Assembly (NCBI GenBank): GCA_035478295.1
Contig: DATIJU010000014.1
Coordinates: 202,911-266,910, forward strand
Direction: 5' to 3'
Length of the DNA: 64,000 bases
From: Bacillota bacterium
GTDB lineage: Bacteria; Patescibacteriota; Saccharimonadia; Saccharimonadales; UBA4665
The position numbers were made by a program, and so were the translations under genes. Shown here one piece after another: positions 8,914 through 17,827 of this stretch; position 1 is the first letter of the stretch; every line of letters begins with the position of its first letter. The notes beneath the pieces were generated by a model that saw only the letters and a list, made by a program, of their open reading frames with translations, searched no databases and was not told the DNA's origin.

Positions 8914-9513
8914 TTACTCGGTAACTTCGCCAAGGGCCATGCGCGAGAAGCGGCGAACCAAAATGTTTTCGCCAAGCTTTGCGATGTGCTCTTTGAGGTA
9001 ATCGCCCACTGTTTGGTCGGGGTTCTTTACGAAGGCTTGGTCAAGCAGACACTTCTCGGCGAAGTGCTTCTTGAGCATGCCCTCAACAATTTGGCCAACC
9101 ATGTTCTCGGGCTTGCCTTCTGCCTTTACCTTGTCGGTAAATTCGGCGGTTGCTGCTTCACGGTCGGCAGCGGGAATATCATCGCTGGAAACATACTGCG
9201 GGCTAGTAGCTGCGATGTGCATAGCCAAATCCTTAACGAGGTTCGTAAAAATCTCATTGCGGGCTACAAAGTCGGTTTCGCAGTTAACTTCCACCAGCAC
9301 GCCAATGCGATTGTCGTGGTTGTAGGTGCCGATAACACCGGCACGAGCTTCGCGTTCACCGCGCTTTTCGGCCTTGGTCATGCCCTTCTTGCGCATTTCC
9401 GCCAAAGCCTTATCGAAGTCGCCGTTAGTCTCGTCGAGAGCCTTTTTAGCGTCGGTCATACCTACACCAGTGAGCTCACGGAGGCGCTTAATTTCTTCAA
9501 TGTTTACAGCCAT
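8914..9513 (-). CDS. tsf: Elongation factor Ts (short form, 199 aa)
   Basis: The N-terminal UBA-like domain IKRLRELTGVGMTDAKKAL is typical of EF-Ts. ATG start, 15 nt after the rpsB stop. Confidence 0.9.
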   Translation of the reverse strand: MAVNIEEIKRLRELTGVGMTDAKKALDETNGDFDKALAEMRKKGMTKAEKRGEREARAGVIGTYNHDNRIGVLVEVNCETDFVARNEIFTNLVKDLAMHIAATSPQYVSSDDIPAADREAATAEFTDKVKAEGKPENMVGQIVEGMLKKHFAEKCLLDQAFVKNPDQTVGDYLKEHIAKLGENILVRRFSRMALGEVTE

Positions 9514-9528
9514 TGCTATCGTTCCCTT

Positions 9529-10269
9529 CTACTTCTTTTCTTCTGTTTTTTCGTCTTTGTCTGGAGTTGCCTTGGCCGCCTTAGCCTTGCCAGCTTCTAC
9601 GGCTTGCTTAAGGTACTCAGCAATCAGTTCGATGGTCTTGATGGCGTCATCGTTACAAGGAATAGCGTAATCAACGAGGGTTGGGTCGGCGTTGGTGTCT
9701 ACCAGCGCAACGATCGGCAGACCAAGCTTGCGTGCCTCTTTAAGGGCGTTGCTGTCGGCAACAATGTCGAACACAAACACGGCACCAGGCTTGGCTGACA
9801 TATTCTTAATGCCACCGTAGATGGTGTTCATAGCATCAATTTCTTCTTGGAAACGCTGTACTTCGAGCTTGCTGTACTTGTTTGCCAGCTCGCCGGAAGC
9901 CATTCTTTCTTCAAGATCGTGCAGGCGCTTTACGCGGCCGCTGATAGTAGGCCAGTTAGTAAGCATACCGCCAAGCCAACGCTCGGTAACAAACGGTTGT
10001 TTAACCGATTCGGCCAACGCCGTAACGATGTCCTGTGCCTGGCGCTTAGTAGCTACAAACAGCACTTGCTTGCCAGCACCGGTAGTCTCTGCGATAAAGT
10101 CGAGCGCTTTTTCAAGACCATCAACCGTCTTAGTAAGATCGATGATGTGGCTGCCACCGCGCTTGCTGTGAATAAACGGAGCCATCTTAGGGTGCCAACG
10201 AGCGGTCTTGTGACCAAAGTGAGCACCTGCTTCTAGTAGTTTTTTAATGTCTACATCAACTGTAGCCAT
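9529..10269 (-). CDS. rpsB: 30S ribosomal protein S2
   Basis: 246 aa with an ATG start. LLEAGAHFGHKTARWHPKM and the rest match S2. There is a Lys/Glu-rich C-terminal tail. Confidence 0.95.
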   Translation of the reverse strand: MATVDVDIKKLLEAGAHFGHKTARWHPKMAPFIHSKRGGSHIIDLTKTVDGLEKALDFIAETTGAGKQVLFVATKRQAQDIVTALAESVKQPFVTERWLGGMLTNWPTISGRVKRLHDLEERMASGELANKYSKLEVQRFQEEIDAMNTIYGGIKNMSAKPGAVFVFDIVADSNALKEARKLGLPIVALVDTNADPTLVDYAIPCNDDAIKTIELIAEYLKQAVEAGKAKAAKATPDKDEKTEEKK

Positions 10270-10369
10270 GGGTATTGTCCTTTCTCTTCGGTGGGAGTGC
10301 CTTATATGGCGCCTACGCGGCTAACCAAAAGGAGGATTGTTCTCCAACCTGATTAATAGTTACCTAGTT

Positions 10370-10378
10370 ATTATACCA
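10370..10378 (-). promoter_or_regulatory. Extended -10 element (TGGTATAAT on the minus strand) upstream of rpsB
   Basis: The minus strand reads cTGgTATAAT about 100 nt upstream of the rpsB ATG. The resulting leader contains a GGAG...CTCC hairpin. Confidence 0.4.
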
Positions 10379-10472
10379 GATACCAACAGAGTATGTCTAC
10401 CATCTGGACTTGCGACTTCGACCAGGTGAGATATAACGAGCTGGTCGCTCCCGGATGGCGGTGTCTAGAGGT

Positions 10473-11090
10473 CTACGGTGCGGGAAACTCATGCTCAGCA
10501 CGATACCGCTGCGTATAAGCAATCCAGCCACCCAGCTCAAGGTTAGTGAGCCCCATGCCGTCTATGGCGGGTTCGACACTATCCAGCACGGCCAATTCCC
10601 TTCTGCCGTCAGCATAGGAAACACCTGAGTTAAATTGGCTAAACGGATGTGTCGCACTCACGAAATCGTAACTGTTACGCTGTAGCGGGAACAAACCCTC
10701 CGGCTCCAGCGTTGCCCTAACAAGCAGTTGAGCCGCCGCTCGCCAGCCGGGAGCTTTGGGGAATCTTGTAGCGTCCGTCTCCATGTACTCCGCCAACGCC
10801 CGCGCATCAGGTATAGAGGCTTCATTTATTAGACAAATCGAGTGCATGTTACGGGGCCTAGTGTCCCGGAAGATTATAATACCGGGCGCTAACGAGAGCA
10901 TTAAGAGCCCCGGGCGTCGTGTTGCAAGTCCACAAGCATCGGCGTCGTTAATTGTTTGCTGAGTCATTTCTATAAGACTCCTCCGGACCTCAAGGCCCCC
11001 TACAGCGAAAGGATCTAGATCACTACTCTCATGGCCAATACTCATGAGCGTTAACGTACAATACAAACCCTTTATACCGCAACGGTACAT
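10473..11090 (-). CDS. Hypothetical protein (orphan, no recognisable motif)
   Basis: Open frame 10473..11099 (GTG start). ATG candidates lie at 11090 and 11045. I recognise no family signature. It is called only from ORF length and position between rpsB and rpmE2. Confidence 0.4.
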   Translation of the reverse strand: MYRCGIKGLYCTLTLMSIGHESSDLDPFAVGGLEVRRSLIEMTQQTINDADACGLATRRPGLLMLSLAPGIIIFRDTRPRNMHSICLINEASIPDARALAEYMETDATRFPKAPGWRAAAQLLVRATLEPEGLFPLQRNSYDFVSATHPFSQFNSGVSYADGRRELAVLDSVEPAIDGMGLTNLELGGWIAYTQRYRAEHEFPAP

Positions 11091-11104
11091 AATCGCCACA
11101 ACTC

Positions 11105-11133
11105 TTTACAATATCCAACAAAACAGATACAAT
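11105..11133 (+). promoter_or_regulatory. Sigma-70-like promoter of rpmE2 (TTTACA, 17 nt spacer, TACAAT)
   Basis: -35 TTTACA at 11105..11110, exact 17-nt spacer, -10 TACAAT at 11128..11133. Only 10 nt separate the -10 from the ATG, which implies a very short or absent leader. Confidence 0.5.
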
Positions 11134-11143
11134 ACTTTGGATT

Positions 11144-11503
11144 ATGAAGAAAGACATTCACCCTAACAGCTATCGCCCGGTAGTTTTTGAGGACCTGAAC
11201 AACGGTTTCAAGTTCTTGACTCGTTCTACTGTGGCCTCCGAAGAAACCACTAAATGGGAAGACGGCAACGAATACCCGCTTATTAAAGTGCACATTACGA
11301 GCACCTCTCACCCGTTCTTTACCGGTGAAGAGCGCATCGTAGACATCGAAGGCCGCGTCGACAAGTTTAAGGCTCGTGCTGCTGCTGCCGAAGCCGCCCG
11401 CGAACAGCGCATCAACGCCGCCAAGAAGCAGGCTGCCCGCAAAGCTGCAAAGGCCGAAAAGGCCGACGACAAGAAAGCTCCTGCCGCTAAGTCTGGCCGT
11501 TAG
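11144..11503 (+). CDS. rpmE2: 50S ribosomal protein L31, type B (no zinc ribbon), with Ala/Lys-rich C-terminal extension
   Basis: [15 protein letters not shown]...HPFFTG matches L31 without the CxxC pairs. Residues ~75-119 ([43 protein letters not shown]) are an extra low-complexity tail. Confidence 0.88.
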   Translation: MKKDIHPNSYRPVVFEDLNNGFKFLTRSTVASEETTKWEDGNEYPLIKVHITSTSHPFFTGEERIVDIEGRVDKFKARAAAAEAAREQRINAAKKQAARKAAKAEKADDKKAPAAKSGR

Positions 11504-11519
11504 CTCCCTTAGTCCACCT

Positions 11520-11550
11520 AAAACCGCCCGAGTTTTTTCGAGCGGTTTTT
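11520..11550 (+). terminator. Rho-independent terminator after rpmE2
   Basis: aaaaccgcccgag-ttttt-tcgagcggttttt forms a 12-bp stem with one mismatch and ends in a T-run. Confidence 0.6.
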
Positions 11551-11583
11551 CTTATACATCACCCTGTTATACTAAGGAAAGCT

Positions 11584-12642
11584 ATGGAACAAAAAGAAAC
11601 GAACCTGCGTAAGGAATACGACGAATTAGAGACTCGTCTGCAAGACCCGGCGATATTCAGTTCCAAAGAATACCCAAAGCTCGCCAAACGGCATAACGAA
11701 CTTGAATCGGTAGTGGGCCTCTTCGAAGAACGAAAACGGCTGCGAAAAAGCCAAGAAGAAGCCGAAGCTATGAGCCGCGAGTCTGACGCCGAGTTGGCCG
11801 AACTGGCGCAGAGCGAACTGAGTGAACTTGCCGAGAAAGTTGCCGCCAATGATGCTCGCTTGCAGGAAGCGCTCACGCCAAAAGATCCCAACGACGACCG
11901 CGATGTAGTTGTCGAAATCCGGGCTGCAGCTGGCGGCGACGAAGCCAGCCTATTTGCAGCTGAGCTGTACCGCATGTACATTCGTTGGGCCGAACGCAAG
12001 CGTTACAGAGTAGAGCTTATTGATGAAGCCCCTTCTGAGGTTGGCGGGTACAAAGAAGTTATATTCGGCATGCATGGTTTAGACATGTACAAGCAGCTGA
12101 AGTTTGAAGCCGGTGTACACCGCGTGCAGCGTGTGCCAAGCACTGAAAGCCAAGGCCGCATCCACACTTCTACCGTTACCGTAGCCATACTGCCCGAAGC
12201 CGAGGAAACCGACATCGAGATTAGCCCCAACGACCTGCGTATTGACGTCTACCGCAGCAGCGGCCATGGTGGCCAAAGCGTGAACACCACCGACTCAGCC
12301 GTGCGCATTACTCACTTGCCTACTGGTATGGTCGTTACCTGCCAGGACGAAAAATCGCAGATAAAAAACCGCGAAAAAGCTCTGGGCGTACTACGTTCAC
12401 GCTTACTTGCTATCAAAATTGAAGAGGAACAAAAACAGCTGAGTGACGCCCGTAAGAAACTCATCGGCAGTGGCGATCGTTCCGAAAAAATCCGCACTTA
12501 TAACTTCCCCCAGGACCGCATTACTGATCACCGCATCGGCTACTCGCGCAGCAACATCCCCGGAGCACTTAACGGCGAAATCGACGATCTCATGGAACAG
12601 CTACAAGACTACGAACGGCGACTGCTAAACGACGAAGTATGA
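11584..12642 (+). CDS. prfA: Peptide chain release factor 1
   Basis: 352 aa. GGQ motif ([11 protein letters not shown]) and an RF1-type P-S-T tripeptide ([14 protein letters not shown]). Confidence 0.94.
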   Translation: MEQKETNLRKEYDELETRLQDPAIFSSKEYPKLAKRHNELESVVGLFEERKRLRKSQEEAEAMSRESDAELAELAQSELSELAEKVAANDARLQEALTPKDPNDDRDVVVEIRAAAGGDEASLFAAELYRMYIRWAERKRYRVELIDEAPSEVGGYKEVIFGMHGLDMYKQLKFEAGVHRVQRVPSTESQGRIHTSTVTVAILPEAEETDIEISPNDLRIDVYRSSGHGGQSVNTTDSAVRITHLPTGMVVTCQDEKSQIKNREKALGVLRSRLLAIKIEEEQKQLSDARKKLIGSGDRSEKIRTYNFPQDRITDHRIGYSRSNIPGALNGEIDDLMEQLQDYERRLLNDEV

Positions 12643-13451
12643 CCCTCGGTGACTTCCTAAAACGTGCAACCCAAGCCCTGCAACAAGCCGGCCTCGAAAG
12701 TGCACGCCTGGACGCCTTATTGCTTCTTGAGGACGCATTACAGCGTGATCGCGCACTTCTGCTAGCACATCCCGAGCTTGAGCTTACCGCTGCCGAGGCA
12801 GCCCTGCTTAATTCTCAGCTCGAGCAGCGCGCCACCCACTTGCCGCTGGCCTACATTAGGGGAAAAAGTATGTTTTATGGACGCATTTTTACCATAACAC
12901 CCCGGGTATTAGTGCCTCGTCCGGAGAGCGAAGCCATGATGAACTTACTACTGGCGATCCGCGACATAAAGCATCTGGCAGACATAGGGACTGGGTCGGG
13001 CTGCCTGGGCATTACTGCTGCTCTCGAATTACCCGAATGCCAGGTGGACTTATACGATATTGATGCTCAGGCACTGGACTGCGCAACTAAAAATGCGCAT
13101 CAGCTTGGCACGAAGGTACGAACGTATCACGAAGACCTGGCATCCAATATATATACGCCCGGCAGGCCCGTCTATGAGACACTTCTGGCGAATTTACCTT
13201 ACGTACCGGACGAACATCATATTAATAAAGCAGCCAGCCACGAACCAAGGCTGGCACTGTTCGGCGGCCCGGACGGCTTGAACATGTACCGACGCATGTT
13301 TGCACAGCTCGCCGTAAGGCCACACCGCCCTATCCATGTTATAACCGAGGCACTCAGCTTTCAGCATCAGCCATTAACCGACATAGCAAAAGCCTCCGGC
13401 TACCAGCAAGCGGCTACCGAAGGCCTCGCGCAGCATTTTATTATCGCCTAA
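12639..13451 (+). CDS. prmC: Release-factor glutamine N5-methyltransferase (PrmC/HemK)
   Basis: The ATG overlaps the prfA stop (ATGA). SAM motif [10 protein letters not shown] and an NPPY-like NLPYV are present. Confidence 0.85.
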   Translation: MTLGDFLKRATQALQQAGLESARLDALLLLEDALQRDRALLLAHPELELTAAEAALLNSQLEQRATHLPLAYIRGKSMFYGRIFTITPRVLVPRPESEAMMNLLLAIRDIKHLADIGTGSGCLGITAALELPECQVDLYDIDAQALDCATKNAHQLGTKVRTYHEDLASNIYTPGRPVYETLLANLPYVPDEHHINKAASHEPRLALFGGPDGLNMYRRMFAQLAVRPHRPIHVITEALSFQHQPLTDIAKASGYQQAATEGLAQHFIIA

Positions 13452-14689
13452 CCGGTTGGTGCCGAGCCCAGCGTAACGGTGATATTTTGTTGCTTGCCAT
13501 TGCGCAGAATAACGAGACTTACCTTGTCGCCTACTGCGTGTTTGTTGATGAGCGCAGATAGGCTATTAGACTGATCGATGGCGACGTTATCGAGCTTAGT
13601 AATTACGTCGCCTTCTTTAAGCCCTGCTTTGGCAGCCGGTCCGTCGCTAATTACAGTTTCAGAACCCATGGAATCGGTGCTTGGTATGTATGCACCTCGA
13701 CTAACGCTCAAATTGTACTGCTCGGCAACATCGTTGGTAATAGGCACATACATAACCCCCAGGAACGGACGCTCAAGCTTGCCGGTCTGCTCAACAGACT
13801 TAATAAGGCCGCTCACATTGTTAATCGGGATAGAGAAGCCAATGTTCTGAGCGCCGTTGGCCGCCACGGCCGTATTTATACCTATAACTTCACCGTCGAG
13901 ATTTACCAATGGACCGCCAGAATTGCCTTCGTTAATGGCGGCGTCAGTTTGAAACAGATCCTCCAGGTTCTCGCTGCCGCTACCGGAGGCGTCACTCGCC
14001 TGCAAACTGCGTCCATAACCGGAAATAATACCGGAGGTGACCGTATTCTGGAACTGGCCGAGCGCATTGCCGATAGCAACCACCGGGTCGCCCACATTCA
14101 TTTTGGACGAATCGCCAATAGAAGCAGTGGCGAGCTTCTTGCCCTTAGTGTCGCCAATTTTCAGAAAGGCGACGTCCAGGCTGTCGCTCTCGCTAGTGCG
14201 GCCCACCACATTAACGTTGTCAAACTCGGTGCCATCGGATAAGGTTACGGTTACCTTGCTTGTCCCTTGCGGCACTACGTGGCGATTGGTAATAATCAAG
14301 CCATCGCTCGTTAGTATGATCCCTGTGCCCGCGCCTTCTAACTGACTATTCATGCCAAAAATATTCTGCGTAGTTTGGGTAGTAGTAATAGAGACGACGC
14401 TCTGGCCCACATTCTTCGCAATACTGCTTATGAGCTGCCCCTGGGTTTTGAGCACTACCTGCTGCTTCTGCACGGTAACGCTACCGTCTTGCCGATTAGC
14501 CAACCAGCCGCCTAAGAAACCAAACGAAATACTCAATATGACTAACGTAGCCATTGCTAAAAACTTAATGCGCGGACTATCTGGACCAAGGTGAGCGACT
14601 TTTTTGGGAGGCTTGGGTGCCCATTGAGGCGCAAACTTCGTTGGCTCGGGCTGCGACTCTACCGCTTTTGTAGATGGCTCGTTGTTCAT
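13448..14689 (-). CDS. HtrA/DegP-family serine protease with PDZ domain, membrane anchored
   Basis: 413 aa with an ATG start and a GAGGGGGA SD. N-terminal TM segment, His context ITNRHVV, Ser context GNSGGPLVN, and a C-terminal PDZ (GLKEGDVITKLDNVAI). Confidence 0.88.
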   Translation of the reverse strand: MNNEPSTKAVESQPEPTKFAPQWAPKPPKKVAHLGPDSPRIKFLAMATLVILSISFGFLGGWLANRQDGSVTVQKQQVVLKTQGQLISSIAKNVGQSVVSITTTQTTQNIFGMNSQLEGAGTGIILTSDGLIITNRHVVPQGTSKVTVTLSDGTEFDNVNVVGRTSESDSLDVAFLKIGDTKGKKLATASIGDSSKMNVGDPVVAIGNALGQFQNTVTSGIISGYGRSLQASDASGSGSENLEDLFQTDAAINEGNSGGPLVNLDGEVIGINTAVAANGAQNIGFSIPINNVSGLIKSVEQTGKLERPFLGVMYVPITNDVAEQYNLSVSRGAYIPSTDSMGSETVISDGPAAKAGLKEGDVITKLDNVAIDQSNSLSALINKHAVGDKVSLVILRNGKQQNITVTLGSAPTG

Positions 14690-14722
14690 ATTTGTTTCCC
14701 CCTCTTGCTTTCTCTATGACTA

Positions 14723-15490
14723 CTAACGCAACAATGCACGGACAGTGCTAGTCACATTAACCGTTAGCGACACTACAACCGCCACAATAATAGTGCAGGT
14801 GGTAATCATAATTTCTAACCGTACAATTTTGGATAACCTATCGTAGTGATCAAGATAATACAATGCCGCTAGACCATAACCGACAGCTACGAGCAGCAAT
14901 GTTGGCTGGGCAATAAAACCATAGAACAAAAGCCAGTGACACAACACCCATACCAGTGCGCCGCCGAAGTATCCCCACAGGTAGGACAGCAGCTTCGCAT
15001 ACGGCTCGTCAAAGCTGTCAAAGAAATGTCGTGCGGCCATGTAACAAAGAAGTGACGCGGCAAGCACCAGCAAGTACAATGCCCCATCGCCCCAGCCCAA
15101 AAACAACGCAGTGAGCCCTACAAGCAACCCGGTCATTGCCTGGAGCGACACCATAAGTGCGCCCGAAGCCGGCTTAATAACGAGCAGCCACAAGACGTAC
15201 ACTCCTGCCCACAGCAACTGCAGCCACTGTGTGTCGCTATGGACCATAAAGACCAGGAGTGAAACACCGACGATGATATCGACGGCGTTAGCCCTAATAT
15301 TAGCCGGCCAGAATCGTGGACGTACAACAAACATACGCCACTTACTTAACAAAATTATGGCCAAGGCTAGCTGAACAAAATCAATCCTAACAAGCACCAG
15401 CACCAATAATGCCAGGAGTATATTCAGACTAACGTGCGCGAGCCGCGAAAAGCCGCTCGCCGGTTTAATTTTGGCTACTAGCTGCCGCAT
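14723..15490 (-). CDS. Polytopic membrane protein of unknown function
   Basis: 255 aa, with about 7 hydrophobic segments. The ATG start overlaps the 3' end of the LCP gene by 26 nt. No catalytic motif is recognised. Confidence 0.55.
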   Translation of the reverse strand: MRQLVAKIKPASGFSRLAHVSLNILLALLVLVLVRIDFVQLALAIILLSKWRMFVVRPRFWPANIRANAVDIIVGVSLLVFMVHSDTQWLQLLWAGVYVLWLLVIKPASGALMVSLQAMTGLLVGLTALFLGWGDGALYLLVLAASLLCYMAARHFFDSFDEPYAKLLSYLWGYFGGALVWVLCHWLLFYGFIAQPTLLLVAVGYGLAALYYLDHYDRLSKIVRLEIMITTCTIIVAVVVSLTVNVTSTVRALLR

Positions 15491-17186
15491 CCTGTCCTAA
15501 GATTATCACAAAATCGTTGCCTGCGGCTTGGATAGTAGTGTCGGGCAGCTTCTTGACGGCCGTAAGATTGTACCGCTTTTCGAGGTAGTTCTTGGTGTAA
15601 GGCTTTTTGCCGCCGGTCAAATCGACAATAACCGTCTTGGTATAAGCGTGTGTGGGCGCGTCCGCAACCGTGACTACGTTGTAGCCAAACGACTTAAGTT
15701 TGTCGGACTGTGCGGTAGCCAAGCCCGACACATTCGTCCCATTGAGTACCGCTACCGTTGCCTTTTCCTTAGACAAATAAGGATCTTGGAGTGTATTGCG
15801 GATGTAGTTCTGAATTTGGCTGTAGTCGCCAAAACCAGCCGATGGGCGCACTACGGAAGCGCTGCCCACGCTATCGGTAGTTACAAAATTGTTGGGTGGA
15901 TCGGCGAGACCAATGGACACAATGCCATTCCCGGGAATATTTTTGCCGATTTGCATCAGCCGCACAGCATCGGTAATGCTAAAATCGGTTGAAACATGGT
16001 CGCCAAAATCGCTCATTAGCTGCGAAATCTTGAGCGGATTAGTGTAAGTACCCGCTGATAAAATCTTGCCGCTCAACGCCTGTATAAATAACCGCTGACG
16101 CTCAGTACGGTCGAAGTCACCACGCAGGCTAGTGTGTCGCGTGCGCACATACATCAGCGCCCGCAGTCCATCAAAATGCTGATCCCCCGCCGGCACATTC
16201 AAAGTGTATGGCCGGTGTGTTGCTTCGTTATACATGTAATCGGTAACCGAGGCGCTGGCCGGCACATTAAAGTCCACGCCGCCGACCGTATCTACTGCCT
16301 GCTGGAAAGCATGAAAGTCTACAATACCGTAATAATGGATGGGAATGCCGAGTACATCTGTTATGGTTTGCTCGGCGGCGGTGATGCCGGCTGTTTCGGC
16401 CTTGGCCGTGTCTTTCGGCGCGCTATTAAGCGAACGGTACTTGGCGTTAGCATATACTGAGTTAATCTTCATGGAACCGTAAGATGGCACTGTTACCCAA
16501 AGGTCGCGGGGGATACTCACTAGGTCGGCTGATTTATTTACAGGGTCGATGCTGGCAATCAAAATAGTATCAGTAAGGTCTGGGGCTTCATGACCATCGC
16601 CGCCTTTACCGAGCAGCATAACGTTAATACGCCCGTCACCCTCCCCTTTTAGGAGCTCTGGTTTTACGTCAGCCTGCAAGGCTGCAGCTGTACCACCGCC
16701 CTTTAGAACCTTATGAATTTTGGTAAACGCCTTAACGCCTAGAAAGGCGCCACCGATAAGTACCAGCACGCCAAATGCTAGACCGGCTCGTAGGCCCCAA
16801 GTACGAATCTTATACCACTTACCATGGCGAGACATCTTGGCAAGCCGCTTGGCCTTGCGGCGTTCCTTGCGGGTTTTGGTTTCTATTTCCCCGCCAGGCA
16901 GCGTCTTGTGCAGCAGTGAGCCTTCGGCGGAAGGCTTCTTCACGATCTTGGGCAGTGGCCGTGGGCCCGGCTCGGTGCGGGTTGCCATGACGGGCTGCGC
17001 TGCGTGATACCCCTCGGGACGACGGAAATCATCAACACGGCGTCCCGAAGAACGTAGTCCATCCAGATGTAAGGCCTTGCGTCCTTCTGGACGTCCAGTT
17101 GGGGCCTGTTGTCGGGATGGAGCGTTCAGGAAGCCGTCGAGTGCCTGCCGGGGTCCCCGGCCTGTGGATCTTCGAAAATCATGCAT
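15465..17186 (-). CDS. LytR-CpsA-Psr (LCP) family cell-envelope phosphotransferase with a long basic N-terminal region
   Basis: 573 aa. About 130 aa of Arg/Lys/Pro-rich cytoplasmic region, a TM segment, then the LCP core (NVMLLGKGGDGHEAPDLTDTILIASIDP...VSIPRDLWV...RTRHTS...DFDRTERQ) and a LytR_C-like C-terminal domain (VAVLNGTNVSGLA). Confidence 0.85.
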   Translation of the reverse strand: MHDFRRSTGRGPRQALDGFLNAPSRQQAPTGRPEGRKALHLDGLRSSGRRVDDFRRPEGYHAAQPVMATRTEPGPRPLPKIVKKPSAEGSLLHKTLPGGEIETKTRKERRKAKRLAKMSRHGKWYKIRTWGLRAGLAFGVLVLIGGAFLGVKAFTKIHKVLKGGGTAAALQADVKPELLKGEGDGRINVMLLGKGGDGHEAPDLTDTILIASIDPVNKSADLVSIPRDLWVTVPSYGSMKINSVYANAKYRSLNSAPKDTAKAETAGITAAEQTITDVLGIPIHYYGIVDFHAFQQAVDTVGGVDFNVPASASVTDYMYNEATHRPYTLNVPAGDQHFDGLRALMYVRTRHTSLRGDFDRTERQRLFIQALSGKILSAGTYTNPLKISQLMSDFGDHVSTDFSITDAVRLMQIGKNIPGNGIVSIGLADPPNNFVTTDSVGSASVVRPSAGFGDYSQIQNYIRNTLQDPYLSKEKATVAVLNGTNVSGLATAQSDKLKSFGYNVVTVADAPTHAYTKTVIVDLTGGKKPYTKNYLEKRYNLTAVKKLPDTTIQAAGNDFVIILGQDAAASSQN

Positions 17187-17295
17187 AACGAGATGCGTTT
17201 TAGTATACCGTCTTTAGACGAGAGCGTAAACATATGCGTCTTGTGGAAAAAACATTACCGCACCGCAGCCCGGAGCACACCAGGGCTGCTGTATA

Positions 17296-17826
17296 ATGGC
17301 CCACATGGAGCAAGAAGCGTCGGGGGTTTCAAAAGGTAAAATCCGCTATCTAAAGCGCCCTCTTGCTATTGGTTTACTGGCCGCCCTCTGTCTTATCGTA
17401 ATTGGCTTTGCCCTCCGGTACACCCTCCAGCCTAAATCGTTATTTCCAGGTGCGCTGGCCCGGCAAAGCAACCACTTTGTACCCTACTTCTATTTCGACA
17501 AAGTGCCGGCAGGCTACACACTAGACGTATCAAAGAGCAGTGCAAACGACACTGCCCTGCTTATGACACTCACAAAAGCAGGAGAGCCACCGCTGGTGCT
17601 CTCCGAGCAGCAGTTACCTGATCGCCTCTCTCGCGAAGAAATCTTTCAAAACGGCGAAAAAGTTGACGTTGCAAATGGCAGAGCCACGATCAACAGCGTT
17701 GAAGGCCGATTGGTTGGCGCGTACACGCCTTCAGAGCATGATCTCCTCATACTTCTGAATGCCCCTGGACAAGCCAGTAAGGACGATATGAAACTGCTAT
17801 TACAGGCGCTCAAGCCCGTCCGGTAG
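17296..17826 (+). CDS. Small membrane-anchored protein, family member 1 (partner of giant protein 1)
   Basis: 176 aa (alternative ATG at 17305). One N-terminal TM segment, then a ~120-aa ectodomain with FVPYFYFDKVPAGY and VLSEQQLPD. It resembles the proteins at 32608..33174 and 42076..42924. It ends 1 nt from the convergent giant-gene stop. Confidence 0.6.
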   Translation: MAHMEQEASGVSKGKIRYLKRPLAIGLLAALCLIVIGFALRYTLQPKSLFPGALARQSNHFVPYFYFDKVPAGYTLDVSKSSANDTALLMTLTKAGEPPLVLSEQQLPDRLSREEIFQNGEKVDVANGRATINSVEGRLVGAYTPSEHDLLILLNAPGQASKDDMKLLLQALKPVR

Positions 17827-17827
17827 C

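Noticed and set aside
8899-9798. 299-aa plus-strand ORF overlapping tsf and rpsB, and similar antisense ORFs over proS (4735..5352), lysS (1263..1667), ileS (59223..59786) and nrdJ (62167..62661)
   Set aside because: Each overlaps a confidently identified housekeeping gene on the opposite strand and has no recognisable motif.
12639-12642. Possible alternative genetic code (UGA reassignment), as seen in some candidate phyla
   Set aside because: The prfA TGA functions as a stop in an ATGA overlap with prmC. All conserved proteins translate full length with code 11 and have no internal TGA.
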